Assembly (NCBI RefSeq): GCF_040938485.1
Contig: NW_027271688.1
Span: forward strand, 620,001-684,000
Source: Diadema antillarum
Taxonomy: Eukaryota
DNA length: 64,000 bases
Direction: 5' to 3'
The first letter of the stretch is position 1, and each line of letters begins with the position of its first letter. The notes below the pieces were generated by a model. That model searched no databases, was not told the DNA's origin, and saw only the letters and a program-made list of their open reading frames with translations. Below, one piece after another: positions 1 to 12,687 of this stretch. A program made the position numbers and the translations under genes.

Positions 1-660
1 TCTGCGAAAAAAAAAAGTGCACCAAAAAGAATATGGGATTTTTGTTATTTTTGTCAATATTATGTTACTTTGTTACAGCAGTACCACTCTATTATATTGT
101 CTTTGATTCTTTTTAATGGAAATGAATAAATACCCATTGGAAAACAAAAAAAAATAAAGGCGAGAGGTGGCCTAGGGCAATTATGTGACCACAAACTGTA
201 GGATTGATGAGTGGTAAATGTTTGCAATGAAACAACGTTACTTATCATTCACTTTAATGATCATTAAAAAATTAATTACGTTAACTTTCAATATTATGCA
301 GTATAACGTTTTGATATGATTGTTTTATACATTCTGTTCATTTCACCTCATTCTTTGTTACCAAAAAGATGAAAAATAAAGTGTCATGCATGCTATTATA
401 TTTTGTCGAAGATAAATTTGAATTTGATTGAAGTAAAGTGAATTGAACTATACTCATTAGTTGGACGGAAAGTCGTGAAAACACAGATTAAGAAAGATAC
501 TGAATAGAAGGATGAATCAAAACCTGTTAAAAAACAAAATGACTGCAAGGTAAAGAAGGTGAGCTAAAAAGAGGAGCGCGATTAAAGGTGGGATGGAATA
601 GGTTACGAAAACAATAGATAAAGAATATCAAAGCGTGGGGGAGAGAGAAAGAGATCCAAC

Positions 661-700
661 CGAGAGAGAGAGAGAGGGAGAGGAGGAGGAGGAGGAGGAA
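661..700. repeat. (GA)n/(GAG)n simple repeat
   Basis: Seen directly; explains the E/R-rich ORF 635-856. Confidence 0.9.
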
Positions 701-1229
701 GAAGAATTAAGGGCAAGGAATAAACCCCACATGTATCAGAAAAACAAGCCCTGGCCCTTTGGAGAGAAAAATAAGAAAACTATTCACGACATCACAAGGG
801 GTAGAGACAAACTAACTTGTTGCACAATACACGTCTTCTCGCGAGAGACCTTATAAATCTATACCAAGGCTAACGGTTTCTATTTTCTGTTTGTTTTTTG
901 TTTCTAGAAAAAGAAAGGTCCTATAGTCGGAGACGTACAGGTGGGTTTCTCGTGTTTCCTGCAAGGGTTTTGTATTGTTTGTTCGAGATACAGTGGCGAT
1001 GGTTAAATTGATGTGAGTGCTCCTCTTCCTTTTTCAGCACGGCGGTGCTCTCTCTCTCTGTCTCAACCATATGCGAGCGGACTGCTCCCTGCGCCAGAAT
1101 TTGCAGTTGTTTGGCATTGCTAATCATTTCTTCTGTTGTTTTGTTTTGTTTCTGAAAATAACGGCTTGAATGTGGAATCATTCATAAAGATGAAGACGTA
1201 AATATTCAACCTTGAATGACGCGCCTTTT

Positions 1230-1335
1230 AACAACGACAACAACAACAGCAAAAACAGTAACAACACAACAACACAACATCATCAACAACAACACAACAA
1301 CAATAACAACAACAACACACACAACAACAGCAACG
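1230..1335. repeat. (AAC)n-rich low-complexity tract
   Basis: Imperfect acaacaacaac repeats. Confidence 0.85.
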
Positions 1336-1671
1336 AGTGATTAAAAAGCAAAGTTGTTGCCCAAGAGAGTATCATTATCTACTTTTTTTTAAATGTTCCC
1401 AGTCTCAAAGGATACGACTGGATGATTCAAGACGTGGCAACAAAATATAACAAGTAATCAAGTTGATTAGAGTTAATCAAGTTGTATCTTTAGCTGGTAT
1501 TGCGTGACCAGCTCTGACAACTATTTTTGATCCTTGTAGATGTATCCGATTTTTCAAAAATTCTGAAAAAAAAAGGCAACTTGGCGGAATTGATAATATT
1601 CATCTTGCAAAGTGAATATTGAGAGTTAAAATAAAATCGCAGGTGAAGAATCAAAGCTGTGCCCTGCTTAC

Positions 1672-1863
1672 AATAATGACTCTAAAGACAGGCGATCTTG
1701 CCGAGAATTGTAGAGACTCTTACTCAATGTTAGGATATTTCTTGATATTTCAGAAGTAGATATATATTTCATGAGTTGCTCAAGTTTCTCATCGCTCATA
1801 TCTTCACCAGGCAGAGTTGCATAAGGAGAACACACGGTGGTGTCATCACTTAAATAGTACAAG
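1672..1863 (-). CDS. Probable internal coding exon (192 nt, phase 2-2) of an unidentified minus-strand gene continuing left of the window
   Basis: Acceptor tttttttttAG|C (exon starts 1863) and donor TT|GTAAGC (exon ends 1672). Length is a multiple of 3 and only one frame is open across it (LYYLSDDTTVCSPYATLPGEDMSDEKLEQLMKYISTSEISRNILTLSKSLYNSRQDRLSLESL). An alternative internal donor GA|GTAAGA lies near 1722. Family not recognised. Confidence 0.45.
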
Positions 1864-2686
1864 CTAAAAAAAAAGTGACCGGCGTACGTGTTTTTGTCGG
1901 TTACAATCATTTTGCCGAACTCAGCTCCTATTGCTGTGCAACCGCAACAAACTACTCGATTCACCTCTTGCAGAGTAGATTTGAGTTGTGGTAACTTCCG
2001 AACAATAAGACGAGAAAACTATAATGCTAGCTTTTCTCAAAAGCGGTTAAAAACAGGAGAGGAAAAGAAGAGGCGCCCGTTTATTTGTGATGATGAGATG
2101 AATAACGTAAGTATCACTTGATAATTGCCGATTCATTGCCTACATTTCGCAGGCTGGATTTTGTCCTCACCAAAATTTCCTCCGTGTACTGCGAACAGCC
2201 CCTCCCCCAATTGAATAGCCTAAATTATCTTGTTTTCGTATTTTCTTCATAAAATGAGGATTACCACGGAATTCTAAGGTGCTCCACCAGAAGACACGCT
2301 ACACTGGATCTATACATTCACTATAATAAGGTCAATGTACTATGAGAATCGTTTATATTTACTGTGTTTTTTATTTATGTTTTCTTTTGATGCAATACGC
2401 TGTTGTAACACATATCGCTGTGCCTTCTGCGGTTTTGTAATGATGCTGCAATGAGGGAATTATACATCTTCAATTCTCTTGCGCATCTTAATTGGTTTCG
2501 ACGATCATATTTTAGTTTGCATAGACTATTTTGTGTCCATGTAGCTGTAAATCATTTGCGTTCATAAAATTAATGTGTAGTAACAGAAAATGCGCTTTGC
2601 TTCTGGTGTCTAGACTTCAACAAGTCACAATGAAGCAGATGTAAATTTACTTTTCAACTTTACAAACTTGTTCATCGTCACGTAAC

Positions 2687-2727
2687 CTTTTATTCTCCCA
2701 TTCCGTCATCGATAAGGATGACGACAT
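2687..2727 (-). CDS. Possible first coding segment (MSSSLSMTEWENK + AG) splicing in phase onto exon 1863-1672
   Basis: ATG at 2727 with A at -3. 41 nt to an AAG|GTTACG donor (phase 2, matching the next exon). Candidate acceptor ttctgtccAG at 2904. The donor is non-consensus. Confidence 0.25.
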
Positions 2728-3240
2728 GATTATATTCGTCCGAGAGCTTCGAACGGCCGATCCCAATGTCGAAAACACAGTGCCTGGTCAGCTCCACCCA
2801 AACTCCAGGGGCAGTGTCCCCGATCCCTTCGTCCTGTCTGCCTGGAAGTATTCCCTTGGCTGGTAGACCGTGAACTCAGGGTAGTGCCAGAAAGGTTGAT
2901 AAACTGGACAGAATGTGCGTCCGAGTTTTGTGCTCAATGCCAGACGGAAACATGATTGCACAACAGGTGAAAGAGAAAGAAAGAAAAAAGAAAGAAAGAA
3001 AGATGTCACACTCTCTCTCCCTCATCCTCTCCTCTCCATCCTCATCTCTCCCCCCCCCCCCCCCCTCTCTCTCTCTCTTCGTCAAAAAGGCGGAGCCAAT
3101 CGCAGGGGTCAAGCACTCTTTCCCAAGTTGAATTCGATGCTTAATTTGTCGTTGAAGAGAAACCGTTATCCCAAGGATATTCATTGATGTGACTAATAAC
3201 AAATATTGTCTAAACACACATTGCTTATTCAGAATATGTT

Positions 3241-3244
<4 letters not shown>

Positions 3245-3300
<56 letters not shown>

Positions 3301-3345
3301 ATAGATAATATAGATATATTCTACAAACACTTCCATAATATACAT

Positions 3346-3377
<32 letters not shown>

Positions 3378-3413
3378 CATACATACATACATACATACAT
3401 ACATACATACATA
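3245..3413. repeat. Compound microsatellite (TA)n-(GATA)n-(CATA)n
   Basis: Seen directly; source of spurious ORF 2876-3412. Confidence 0.95.
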
Positions 3414-6400
3414 GAAAGATTTATTTGATTTCATCAGTTTTCTCATGATGATCATGAATATTACAAAGACGCAAATGAAATAACGTTACAAAAATTAACC
3501 AAAAATACAAAAATACATAATTGTTATTAGAACAACTTTTCTTAACTTGGAGAAAAATAGTACAATAGATTATCATGGAGGAAGACCTAAAAAACATAGC
3601 TTATAAAGTATAAGTTATCCATATGTGACGTAATGACGAGAGGTGCGGAAAATGAAGATATTGTATAATAATCACTGGAATATCTATTTCCTTCTTAATA
3701 GATGTATAGATACAAGAATTATAGTGGACAGTACATGTTTACTATCAAAGTAGTCCATTATTGATATAATTTTGGGTTAGGGTTAGAGTTGATTTCACCG
3801 GAAGTGCACCACGGACATTCACTTATCTGTCAAAAGAAACGCGCCGAAAAAGGAAAACAAAATTAAATTGGTAAAGTGGAGAGGGGAAGCGCACAAAACT
3901 TTTGCTTTGCGTGGAGAAACAAAAGGAGAAAAAGAATATTATTGTTCTTGAATTTATTTGTCTCTTGGAAGTCCTCGGGTTTTTCGTTCTAAAATTCCAG
4001 TCGTTGTCTTCATTTCTTTTAAGCTGTGGATTGGATAACAATAGCCGAAGGGTACTCGACAATTTTCCTCCGAAGAATAGCCCTGGTGATTCGATTAAAG
4101 CAGGGATCAACACCGTTCCACCACGCTCAACACGTCAATCGTGTTCCGCTCTCCGACCTCACCACCAAACAAAATGTACCGTAACCACCTTCTCTGGCAC
4201 CCCTCCATCCATTTCAGCCCCCCCCCCCCATTTTTCTTTCCTTCCTATCCCCCTTTCAAGCTATTATACGGGATTGGCTTTCTTTTTTACCTGTTTGACC
4301 TTTGCCAAAAAGTACATTCGCCGGCCATTCGTACTCCTTACCTTGTGACCAACGAGATAAAAGAACGGGGGGTATAATAACTGGCTTTTGTGGTCTCATT
4401 AACAAACATTACATAATAGCCTTCTCGACGTACCCCTTTCCTATTCACTCCCGGATCTATTATAGTAATCCCATTTCGTTTCACGTTGGCGCCCGCATTC
4501 ATTCCTATTGACTTCTGTCTGTCTTTCAGTTCATCTTGGCTACAGTTACTTTTTTTTTGTAAGGATGCGCTGAAGCTAAGGAGCAGACATGTTCCTCCTT
4601 TCTCTCCCCTCTCTTCTCTCCTTTTTTTCTCTTTCTCTCTCTCCCTCCCTCCCTCTCTTTCTCCATTTTATCTTTCTACTTTATTCAACAATCGCTTCTT
4701 CTTTTTCATTTCCCTAGCATTTCTCCATTTTCTCTTGTTTCCCCCTTAGAACAGTTTGATTTTAAGACTAATGTTTCAAGATGTCGCTTTATTTCCAAAG
4801 GATGGTTTGGATAAAGCAATAAATCGACGGTATAGATTTACATAGGTATTGAGGAGAGAAAAAAAAAACTATGGATGGAAAGGGGTGAACTGCTAATCGT
4901 CATTAAGTATTAGATGTCAAAATTGATCAAGCAAGTGGTGATACATACTTGATTAATGTCACGTCGGTTTAACGAAAGTAAGGAACATTCATCAAGACAA
5001 CCCCTATAAGACACTAAACGCAGAATTCAAAGTGGAAAACAAAATTGGTGTTGAGACAACAAAAAAACATACAAGTCTCACTTAGCATAACAATCTATTT
5101 TAATAGAACAACTGACAAGGCTTCCTAAGATGGAAACATTACATTCGCCCACTTAAAAAAAAATAATCAAATAATCAACGATCAACTAAACAGAGTTTCT
5201 CAAACTATTGACCTAAACGCACTAGTAACTATGCACCTCCAATAAAAAAGAAGAAGGAAAGATGAATATATTATCTAAATGACAGGAGATTGTCTCATCA
5301 ATGGTGAGGCAATTATGTGACTAAAAAACCTCTCACATAATATAGTAGATTGTGTACACTTTGAAAATTACTGCTTGTACGACGACTTAGGATTTAATAG
5401 TTGATATTGTGCGAGTTGATGGTTCCTCGTTACACGGAGTTTAAAGTTTTTGACCGATTAATAGCGAACAACAATGCAAAGGTATTCGAATGTCTTTCTT
5501 TAATTTGTCTTCGACGTTTGATTGGGATCGCGCGCACCAGACCAAATTAAGGGTAAAAGCAAACGGGCGGGTAGGGAGTTCCAGTGGATGAAGACGGAAC
5601 TATCGGATTATCTCCTGGAGCAAGCAACTGTCCTGAAGAGATAGAGAAAAAAAGGAGGTGGGGGATACTGAAAAGACGAAAATCAATAGCTCCCCCAAAC
5701 GACAAGATTAAGTGCCGACAGACCTTCCAACCGAGTGAAAGCGTTTATCCCGTTTTACCTTTCAAAAGAGCCACATTTGTTTGTTTAGATTGGTATGCAT
5801 GCAGGATATCAATACCCCTCTCCAAAAAAAAAAAATGTTGCCTTTGAATGGGAGCGGGGCTGACAGCAACGGAGGGCGCGAATCGTCGGAATACTTAAGA
5901 CAAATTGCGCGGGCTCCGGCGGCCGGGTTGAAGGTATCGACGACCCGGGTTCTCGATTCTTGTGCCAGGCGCCAGGCGTCCGGCAAAGACCCGCCGGGAA
6001 ACTTCATCCCTCTTCCTTGCCCCTGAAAGAAAGTCATTCTTTCACCGTATTGATCGGCTTTCATTTTCCACGTCTGAGGACCGAAGAATGCAAAAAAAAA
6101 AAAAAAAAGAGAAAGAAAAGAAAAGCCAGAAGACAATTGGAAAAGCCTCTTTCATCGAATAACAATGAGTAAAATCAACAGAACTGGCATGCTCGTGGCT
6201 TAATGAGTCCTTCTTCTTCTTTTGCTGTTGTTTCGCATGGACGTTCTCCCTCTCTCACAAGTAAAAAAAAAAAATCGATTCCTAAAATTTCATTGAAAAA
6301 AAACTTGTATATATAGCAATAAGGTTTCAGCTCTGCGCATGTGATTAAAGAATACAAAGAGTAAAGGAGCTTTGCCGAGTTGGAAAGTACAGGAAGGAAT

Positions 6401-6722
6401 ATCTCCTAAGATGCTAAGTTATAAGGTCATATCGCAGCATTATGGACTCTATACGTACAATGATTGGAAGACTTCTACCTCGAAACAAGTTAGGTAACAT
6501 GGATGGTACGCAACGATTAGATAAACAATAAAAAAAAAGCAAAGCAAGCTGAAACCTCCATCATACTGTCATATGTCATGTTGGAAGATAATATAATCAT
6601 GAATTCGACATCAGGCATTGTACTATTATAACCAGTATCGGAGTGTGACATCATTTCAAACATATTTACTTGTTATTCAAAAAAACTGTTAAAGGTGCAT
6701 TAGATAAAATTAGAATCATTAA

Positions 6723-7114
6723 AGGGATGGCACAGTTTCGATTGAGATGGTGCTTAAGGTTTCCAAAGTTTGTTTGATGATGATTTTTTAGATACTGAGA
6801 AATCTTTTATGAAATAGGAAAGATGAATATAATTCTAAGAGAAATTGAAAGCTTATTGGATGAAAGTTGGTTTCAAAATGGCTGAGATTTCCAAAACAAA
6901 AACGATGCTAATAAAAGGTGGGACCCACTTTTTATCAGGATCGCTTCGTTTTACCTTTGTTTTTAGATATATCAGCCATTTCAAAACCAATTTTCATCAA
7001 CTAAACTTTGAACTCCTATTAGAATTGTATGCTCTTTAGCATTACATAGAGTGGTTTTTAAGTATCTTGCAAGAAGTTGAATCCTCACCTCAACCAATAC
7101 TATAGCAGGGGCCT
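6723..7114. mobile_element. TTAA-flanked non-autonomous DNA element (Kolobok-like), family A copy 1
   Basis: Begins TTAA|AGGGATGGCACAG. Internal sequence shared with copies at 12300, 37556 and 49856 (gaaaattggtttcaaatggctgagat...ctcacctcaacc). Right end degenerate. TTAA target plus RR...YY termini fits Kolobok rather than piggyBac (CCC...GGG). Confidence 0.7.
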
Positions 7115-8015
7115 TTTGACGTTCATAAGCTAAGGGTCATCACCAGGATCAGTGTATCAGTAATGCACAGAATGCTTTGTTAAAAGATGACCAATAATCA
7201 CTATACTCATGGTCGCCATCTTCATGAAGATCAAGATCACCATCATCATCATCAGCAGTAGCAGCAGCAACATGCATCATCATTAGAGCTGTGCATACGC
7301 AGTAGCTGTCACCTATGGTTACTTATTAAATTATTCTGCTTTTCTTCCCCCAATTTCTATTAATCTTCCTCACTTTAACAGCCCCCACTTTTCCTTATTT
7401 TTGATAGTTGTATCTGCAGAAGCGTTTTTTTCCCTTTATTTCCAATCTATTAACACCTCGTTTTGCGAAACCCGGTTTCATTGTAACGTATCCAAAATGG
7501 TAGACAGTAATTATTTATCTTTGAATTCTCTTGAGATGTCGAAATATATCACGGCGTCTTGTACAGCTGAATTCTATTTCTTGGTAGGTTTGTGTTTTCT
7601 CTCGCGGTCTCCACATTCAGTTATATCAGTTGATTATTCTTAAGACGATTAAGTCATTGTAGTTGTTCATCTACTGTCTAACAACAATTCTTTATAGCGT
7701 TTATTTTCGACAGCGCAGCTCAAGCGACGCATTAAGCACCGATATTTCCCTCACCATAAAGGGGCACATTATCTTATGTGAAGGGATTACTGTATAGATA
7801 GTCATTCCAACCTCATTTACCTTCTCATCACATTCCTCACCTCAGACAATGTCTAAGAGACACCTTTTACATTATTGTTGTATTTTTGTTTCCTCTGGAG
7901 TATTTTTCTTCTACTTTTGTTTTGTGTGGTGAAGACGTTTAATCGCTTCCTCTTCGATCTCTCTTCACAGCAACATTATCTTGTCTCAGAACACAACAAA
8001 AAGAAAGAGTACGGA

Positions 8016-8016
<1 letters not shown>

Positions 8017-8085
<69 letters not shown>
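8017..8085. repeat. (GA)n microsatellite
   Basis: Seen directly. Confidence 0.95.
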
Positions 8086-8087
<2 letters not shown>

Positions 8088-8316
8088 CCGTTATTTTGAT
8101 GTAAGTAATCTCCGGTGGCATTTCAAGGACGATACTTTGTCCAAGGATTTTGGGTTATAGCACTTTCTTTCTTTTAACGTACATATTTGTTGTTGATTTT
8201 TTTTCTGATACAGTTTCTCAACGCTATACCCTCATTCACCTACAGTACATGTATACTGACAGGAAAAATTCGATTATCATTTTTCTTCTGTTTCTATATA
8301 AGATCAAAATTATATA

Positions 8317-8395
8317 ATATATTACATAAAGACGCGATGATATCATATATTACATAAAGACGCGATGATATCATATATTACATAAAGACGCGATG
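8317..8395. repeat. 28-bp tandem repeat, about 2.8 identical copies
   Basis: Unit atatattacataaagacgcgatgatatc at 8317, 8345 and 8373 (partial). Confidence 0.95.
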
Positions 8396-9604
8396 TAAAG
8401 ATATCGACAAATATCGATAAAAACGTCGATGCAAAGTTGTCGGCGAATTTCGCTTTTCCATCTGTCACTGGCACTGAGTTACAGCGATTCACAAACGCAT
8501 ATAATAGGTACTATACATGACAACTGTCCCCCACTGAAATAATGATGCTTCTTTTGATCTGTTTTCCGTTTTTAAATCTTGATGGGCATCCACGAAGTCT
8601 CCAAAGGAATTTTATTTTTATACTTTTTTTTCAAGTTATCCTCCTATTCACATAACGGGAGCACTTTTGGATTACAAAGAAAATTCGATCTGCGTCGACG
8701 AAGTAGTTGTTCCCTTTAAATGCTTGGACGCCGCCCTCAAGTCTTGTCTTTTGCAAGATAAACCATAAAAGTGGTCGACGTTGTAAGCTATCCGCTGTTC
8801 TTATTATTTTTTTGTTGTATGATGTGGATTCCCTAACTGAGACTTCGGAGAGCACTGACAAATGGATGGGCAAGTAACAAAACAAATTAGATAAAGGATA
8901 AACAAACGAGAGAGTTGGTCTCTCTTAGTCTTCATATTGTCAATACAATCTTTCGTCTGGCCGGGGTAGAAATTCCATTCCCCGTCGTCTGTTAGGAACG
9001 GGCATGGGTGATGAAGTAGACTACAGATCACCCGTTCGAGATTAGTTCGAGTCCAGACAGAATTCTTGGATGCAGCCTTATTCAACTGGCAGCATTGGCG
9101 TTATAATCGAAGTTGATTCACGCCGAAGTAGCATTATTTGGAGGAAAAAAGAAGAAGAAATGATCGGTGCATGTCGAAAAGCCAAGAATCTTTCAGCTGT
9201 ATGGTAGCATTTAGGATTAATTACCCAGTCACTTGATTATCTAAGAAAGCATGTCCTTTGGAATGGTATTAAAAAAAGAAACACTTTCTTGACATCTGTT
9301 TGTTACGGCATGTCGATTAACCATATGTCAAATTGATCAGAACAACAACAACAACAACAACAAAATAATAGTAAGAGTAATGACGACGACGACAACGACG
9401 ACGATGGTGATGATGCTGATGACGACGACGATGATGATGATGATAAGGGCAACGGCATGGATAGGGTGCTGTCTGCAATGTAAGCACCGTTTTTCCATGT
9501 AGAGGGCAATCACAATGACACTACTTTAATACTGACAATGATTAAAATCACATAAAGACAAAGTGATCAGGGAAGTGCCTTTTTCCCCACCTCCGTTGAG
9601 ATAC

Positions 9605-10048
9605 GGGTGACGTTCGTTATTCCGAAGGTTCGTTAATCAGAAAATGAAATAAGCTTCATTACGCCGAAGGTTCGTTATTCCGAAACACGCTAATTTCCCT
9701 ATACCTATATTTAGGTTCGTTAATCCGCCGAAGATGAAAAAGGGTTCGTTCATTCGAACATTTTTCGGTTACAGCTCGTTATTCCGAAGGTTCGTTACTC
9801 CGAAGGCTCTTCAGTCCGAAGATTCGTTATTCCGAAGGTTCGTTTTTCCGAATTTCATTTTCGGATGAACAAATCTTCGGAATAACGAACCTTTGGAATA
9901 ACGCCACAAACGTTCGGATTAACGAACCCTCTTTCATTTTCGGATTAACGAACCTCTAGGTATAGGGAATTTGTGTGTTTCGGATTAACGAACCTTCGGA
10001 ATAACGAACCTTCGGAATATCGAACCTTCGGAATAACGAACAGCACCC
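9605..10048. mobile_element. Foldback/MITE-like palindromic element built from TTCGTTATTCCGAAGG subunits
   Basis: Left arm GGGTGacGTTCGTTATTCCGAAGG...; right arm ...CCTTCGGAATAACGAACagCACCC. Subunit orientation flips near 9850. Confidence 0.8.
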
Positions 10049-10055
10049 CATTTTT

Positions 10056-10255
10056 CGTGGTGTTATTTCGAAGGTTCGTAACTCCGAAGGTTCATGAAGT
10101 GAAAGAAGGTTCGTTTTTCCGAAGGTTCGTCAATCAGAGAGTAAGGAAGGTGAGGAATTCGGATTCACGATTAACCTTACTTTATTTTCGAATGAAAGAG
10201 CCTTCGAATCAACGAACCTTCGGAATTCCTAACCTCATATCATTTCCGGATTAAT
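10056..10255. mobile_element. Adjacent degenerate copy of the same foldback family
   Basis: cgaaggttcg units followed by inverted cgaaccttcgg units. Confidence 0.6.
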
Positions 10256-12299
10256 ATCATAGTAATTTTGTTTTATCCTTATAGATATCATTATCACTAA
10301 AATGATAATGATGAAATCATCATGATAAGATGACAATGATGATAATGTCAAATATATCAACAATCACTTACATCACCATCATAATCATATACTTATCGGA
10401 ATGTATTTTCAAAAACATTCGGGAATAAAAGTGAACTGATTTTCATCATAATAATTTATGAACAAACACATTCAACATTGCATTGATGGTATATAGATAT
10501 ACTATTCACTTATATCATTATCACTCCTTAACAGTTTCCATGTGTTCTCCGAATGTATAGCCTTGTGCGATAGCAGACAGAATAAAAAAAAAAGAATGAA
10601 ATTTAATCTAAGACACATCGTAGACAAATGCAGAATGTTAAATGTTGGAGGTGGTACGATGAGAACATGGGAACATGAAATACGAATTCTTGGAATTACC
10701 ATGATTAAGCTATCAAACATAATCAAGCCGCGGAAAAAGGGGGCAATTAAATTTCCAAGAAGAGCGCAGAACCAAAGGGAAAAAAAACAAAGGACAGGGC
10801 AAAGAGGAAAATCACACTCGGCGGAAACCAATTTGATTGACGTTTGCGTTGTCAGGGCAAAACAAAACGAGTAGGGCTTCTTGACCCGTCCTAGGCAAAT
10901 ACAAAAGAAAGAAAGAAAAAAAAATCGATCGTAACAGATAAACAAAAACAAGAATGAGCTGCCACATTCTCCTTGAGAATGACTTTCTTAGGCGGAAAGG
11001 GGCGAAGGCAGAAACACCTTACGTAATAGTGCGCCATGCTTGTCACGCACGCCATAATGTCAGCATTCAAACAAGCTTTAATGTTTATGTTATCGCAATG
11101 CCAAACTGCAACCCAAATGTAAATTCATGTGATGAGAGGATTGAGGGGGAAGAGGGGGAAGAGCCCGTTAAGTCACCGTGACCAGGTAAAGATCTTATGA
11201 AGATTCTCCCCGTTTCCTCTTCGGGAAGAAATCTCACTGGCAGAGCTGGGTTGTCTATTGATCAAACTCTTAAAATATTCGTCGTCGGTTCCTCCGGGCT
11301 GGTCGATATTCTGTCGCAGTTGAGCAGTAGCTCGAGTCGGATCCGCCCGAGCTCCGGCATTCACCATCGCAAATTGGACTAAAGGTTAATGTGGGGCTTT
11401 ACACGGTCATTGAACCCCGGGATTGCTCGTAATCCAATTTGAGGGAACACTTTCCCTAATCCCGTGTTATCAACCCCCATGGTTGCACTACCCTTTCTAG
11501 CCAGCGGAACGACGAAAGCCGGTAAGCCCGGAGTATCGCCGTCACCGATCTACTCCCACACGATAGCCAAAGAGATCATCGTCAGCTGAGTTAGCGAACG
11601 AGCAGTGCTGCGAAAGCTCCGAGTCAATCACAGATTTTCAAACTCCACGTAAAATCCCCCACAAAGTCCTAATCTCTGTCCGTTGTTTCATTAGGCAGTA
11701 GAACACTTGACAATATGTATATGAAAGAATATCATACGTTTTGTCTTTCACCGTAGAGCCCTGAAACAAGTGTAGTACACAGTAAAGATAAAGATAAAGA
11801 AGCCATTTTCTGCAACTTGGTCACCGATCAGTGCTGATAGCGATGAATAGTTGAGTCTTAATACACCCATTCTCCTAGAGAAATTACCCTAACACACTTT
11901 AAAATCAGATACCATAATAATACTTTCACTTGATTTATTGACAGCAAGTAATATTTCAATACGTGCATCATAATCATCCTTGTATTGTCTAAATTATTAT
12001 TTTTTCACTCGTAAAATACATTTACACTCAGGCAGCACATGTTTCAATAACATATATAAAAGACCCCCCCCCCCTTTATTTACAGGCTGTGTGTCCTTAT
12101 CCAGCTGGCCGCTTAATAAAGAAAAAAGAGCATTAATATTTTGTAAGTCCTTTCACGTGAAGTTACTGATTTGATTGCGGCAGTATCTTGTATCGGTTAA
12201 GTTTATATGATTAAGTTTCTATACAGTTTATTGTACCGAATATCGGTTTCTTTCAAAGAGTAGTAGGATTGTCAAAATGTGAATTCATAGTCCTTACGA

Positions 12300-12687
12300 A
12301 GGGATTGTATAGTTGGGTTGAGATGGGGCTTCAGGTTTTCCAGCTTTTTGTGAGATAATTAGAAATCATTTGTAAGATATAAAAAAACCCTAACAATTTA
12401 AAGATGAATTCAAAGTTAATTTGATGAAAATTGGATATGAAATGGCTGAGATATCCACTAAGAAAGGGTTCCTAATAAAATGTGAGACCAACCTTTCATC
12501 AAGACCACTTTGTTTTTACTTTGTTTTGGACATGTCGTTGTTTCAAACCCGATTTGTTTTAATCAAACAAACTTTGAATACCTCATAGAATTGTATACTC
12601 TTTAATGTTTCATAAGTGGTTTTAAATTATGTAATAAAAAAAATGAAATCCGAATCCAGGATCTCAACAAAAACTCTACCATCCCCT
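12300..12687. mobile_element. Kolobok-like non-autonomous element, family A copy 2 (degenerate)
   Basis: AGGGATTGTATAGTT...GTTGAGATG left end and ATCTCAAC...AACT...ATCCC right end; internal similarity to copy 1. Confidence 0.65.

Noticed and set aside
2770-2810. Minus-strand FGWS-TGA-PG resembling the deiodinase FGSCT-U-PP motif
   Set aside because: Spacing is off by one residue, flanks are not deiodinase-like, and no linked SECIS was seen.
2876-3412. 178-aa ORF, and similar ORFs at 635, 7875, 9303, 26612-26955 and 38023
   Set aside because: Translations of microsatellites and homopolymers; no coding signal.
9045-9054. GTTCGAGTCC, a pol III B-box-like 10-mer
   Set aside because: No cloverleaf or correctly spaced A-box; not a tRNA or clear SINE.
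11356-11365. GGCATTCACC, a partial complement of miR-124
   Set aside because: Only 10 nt match, not the seed, and no precursor hairpin.
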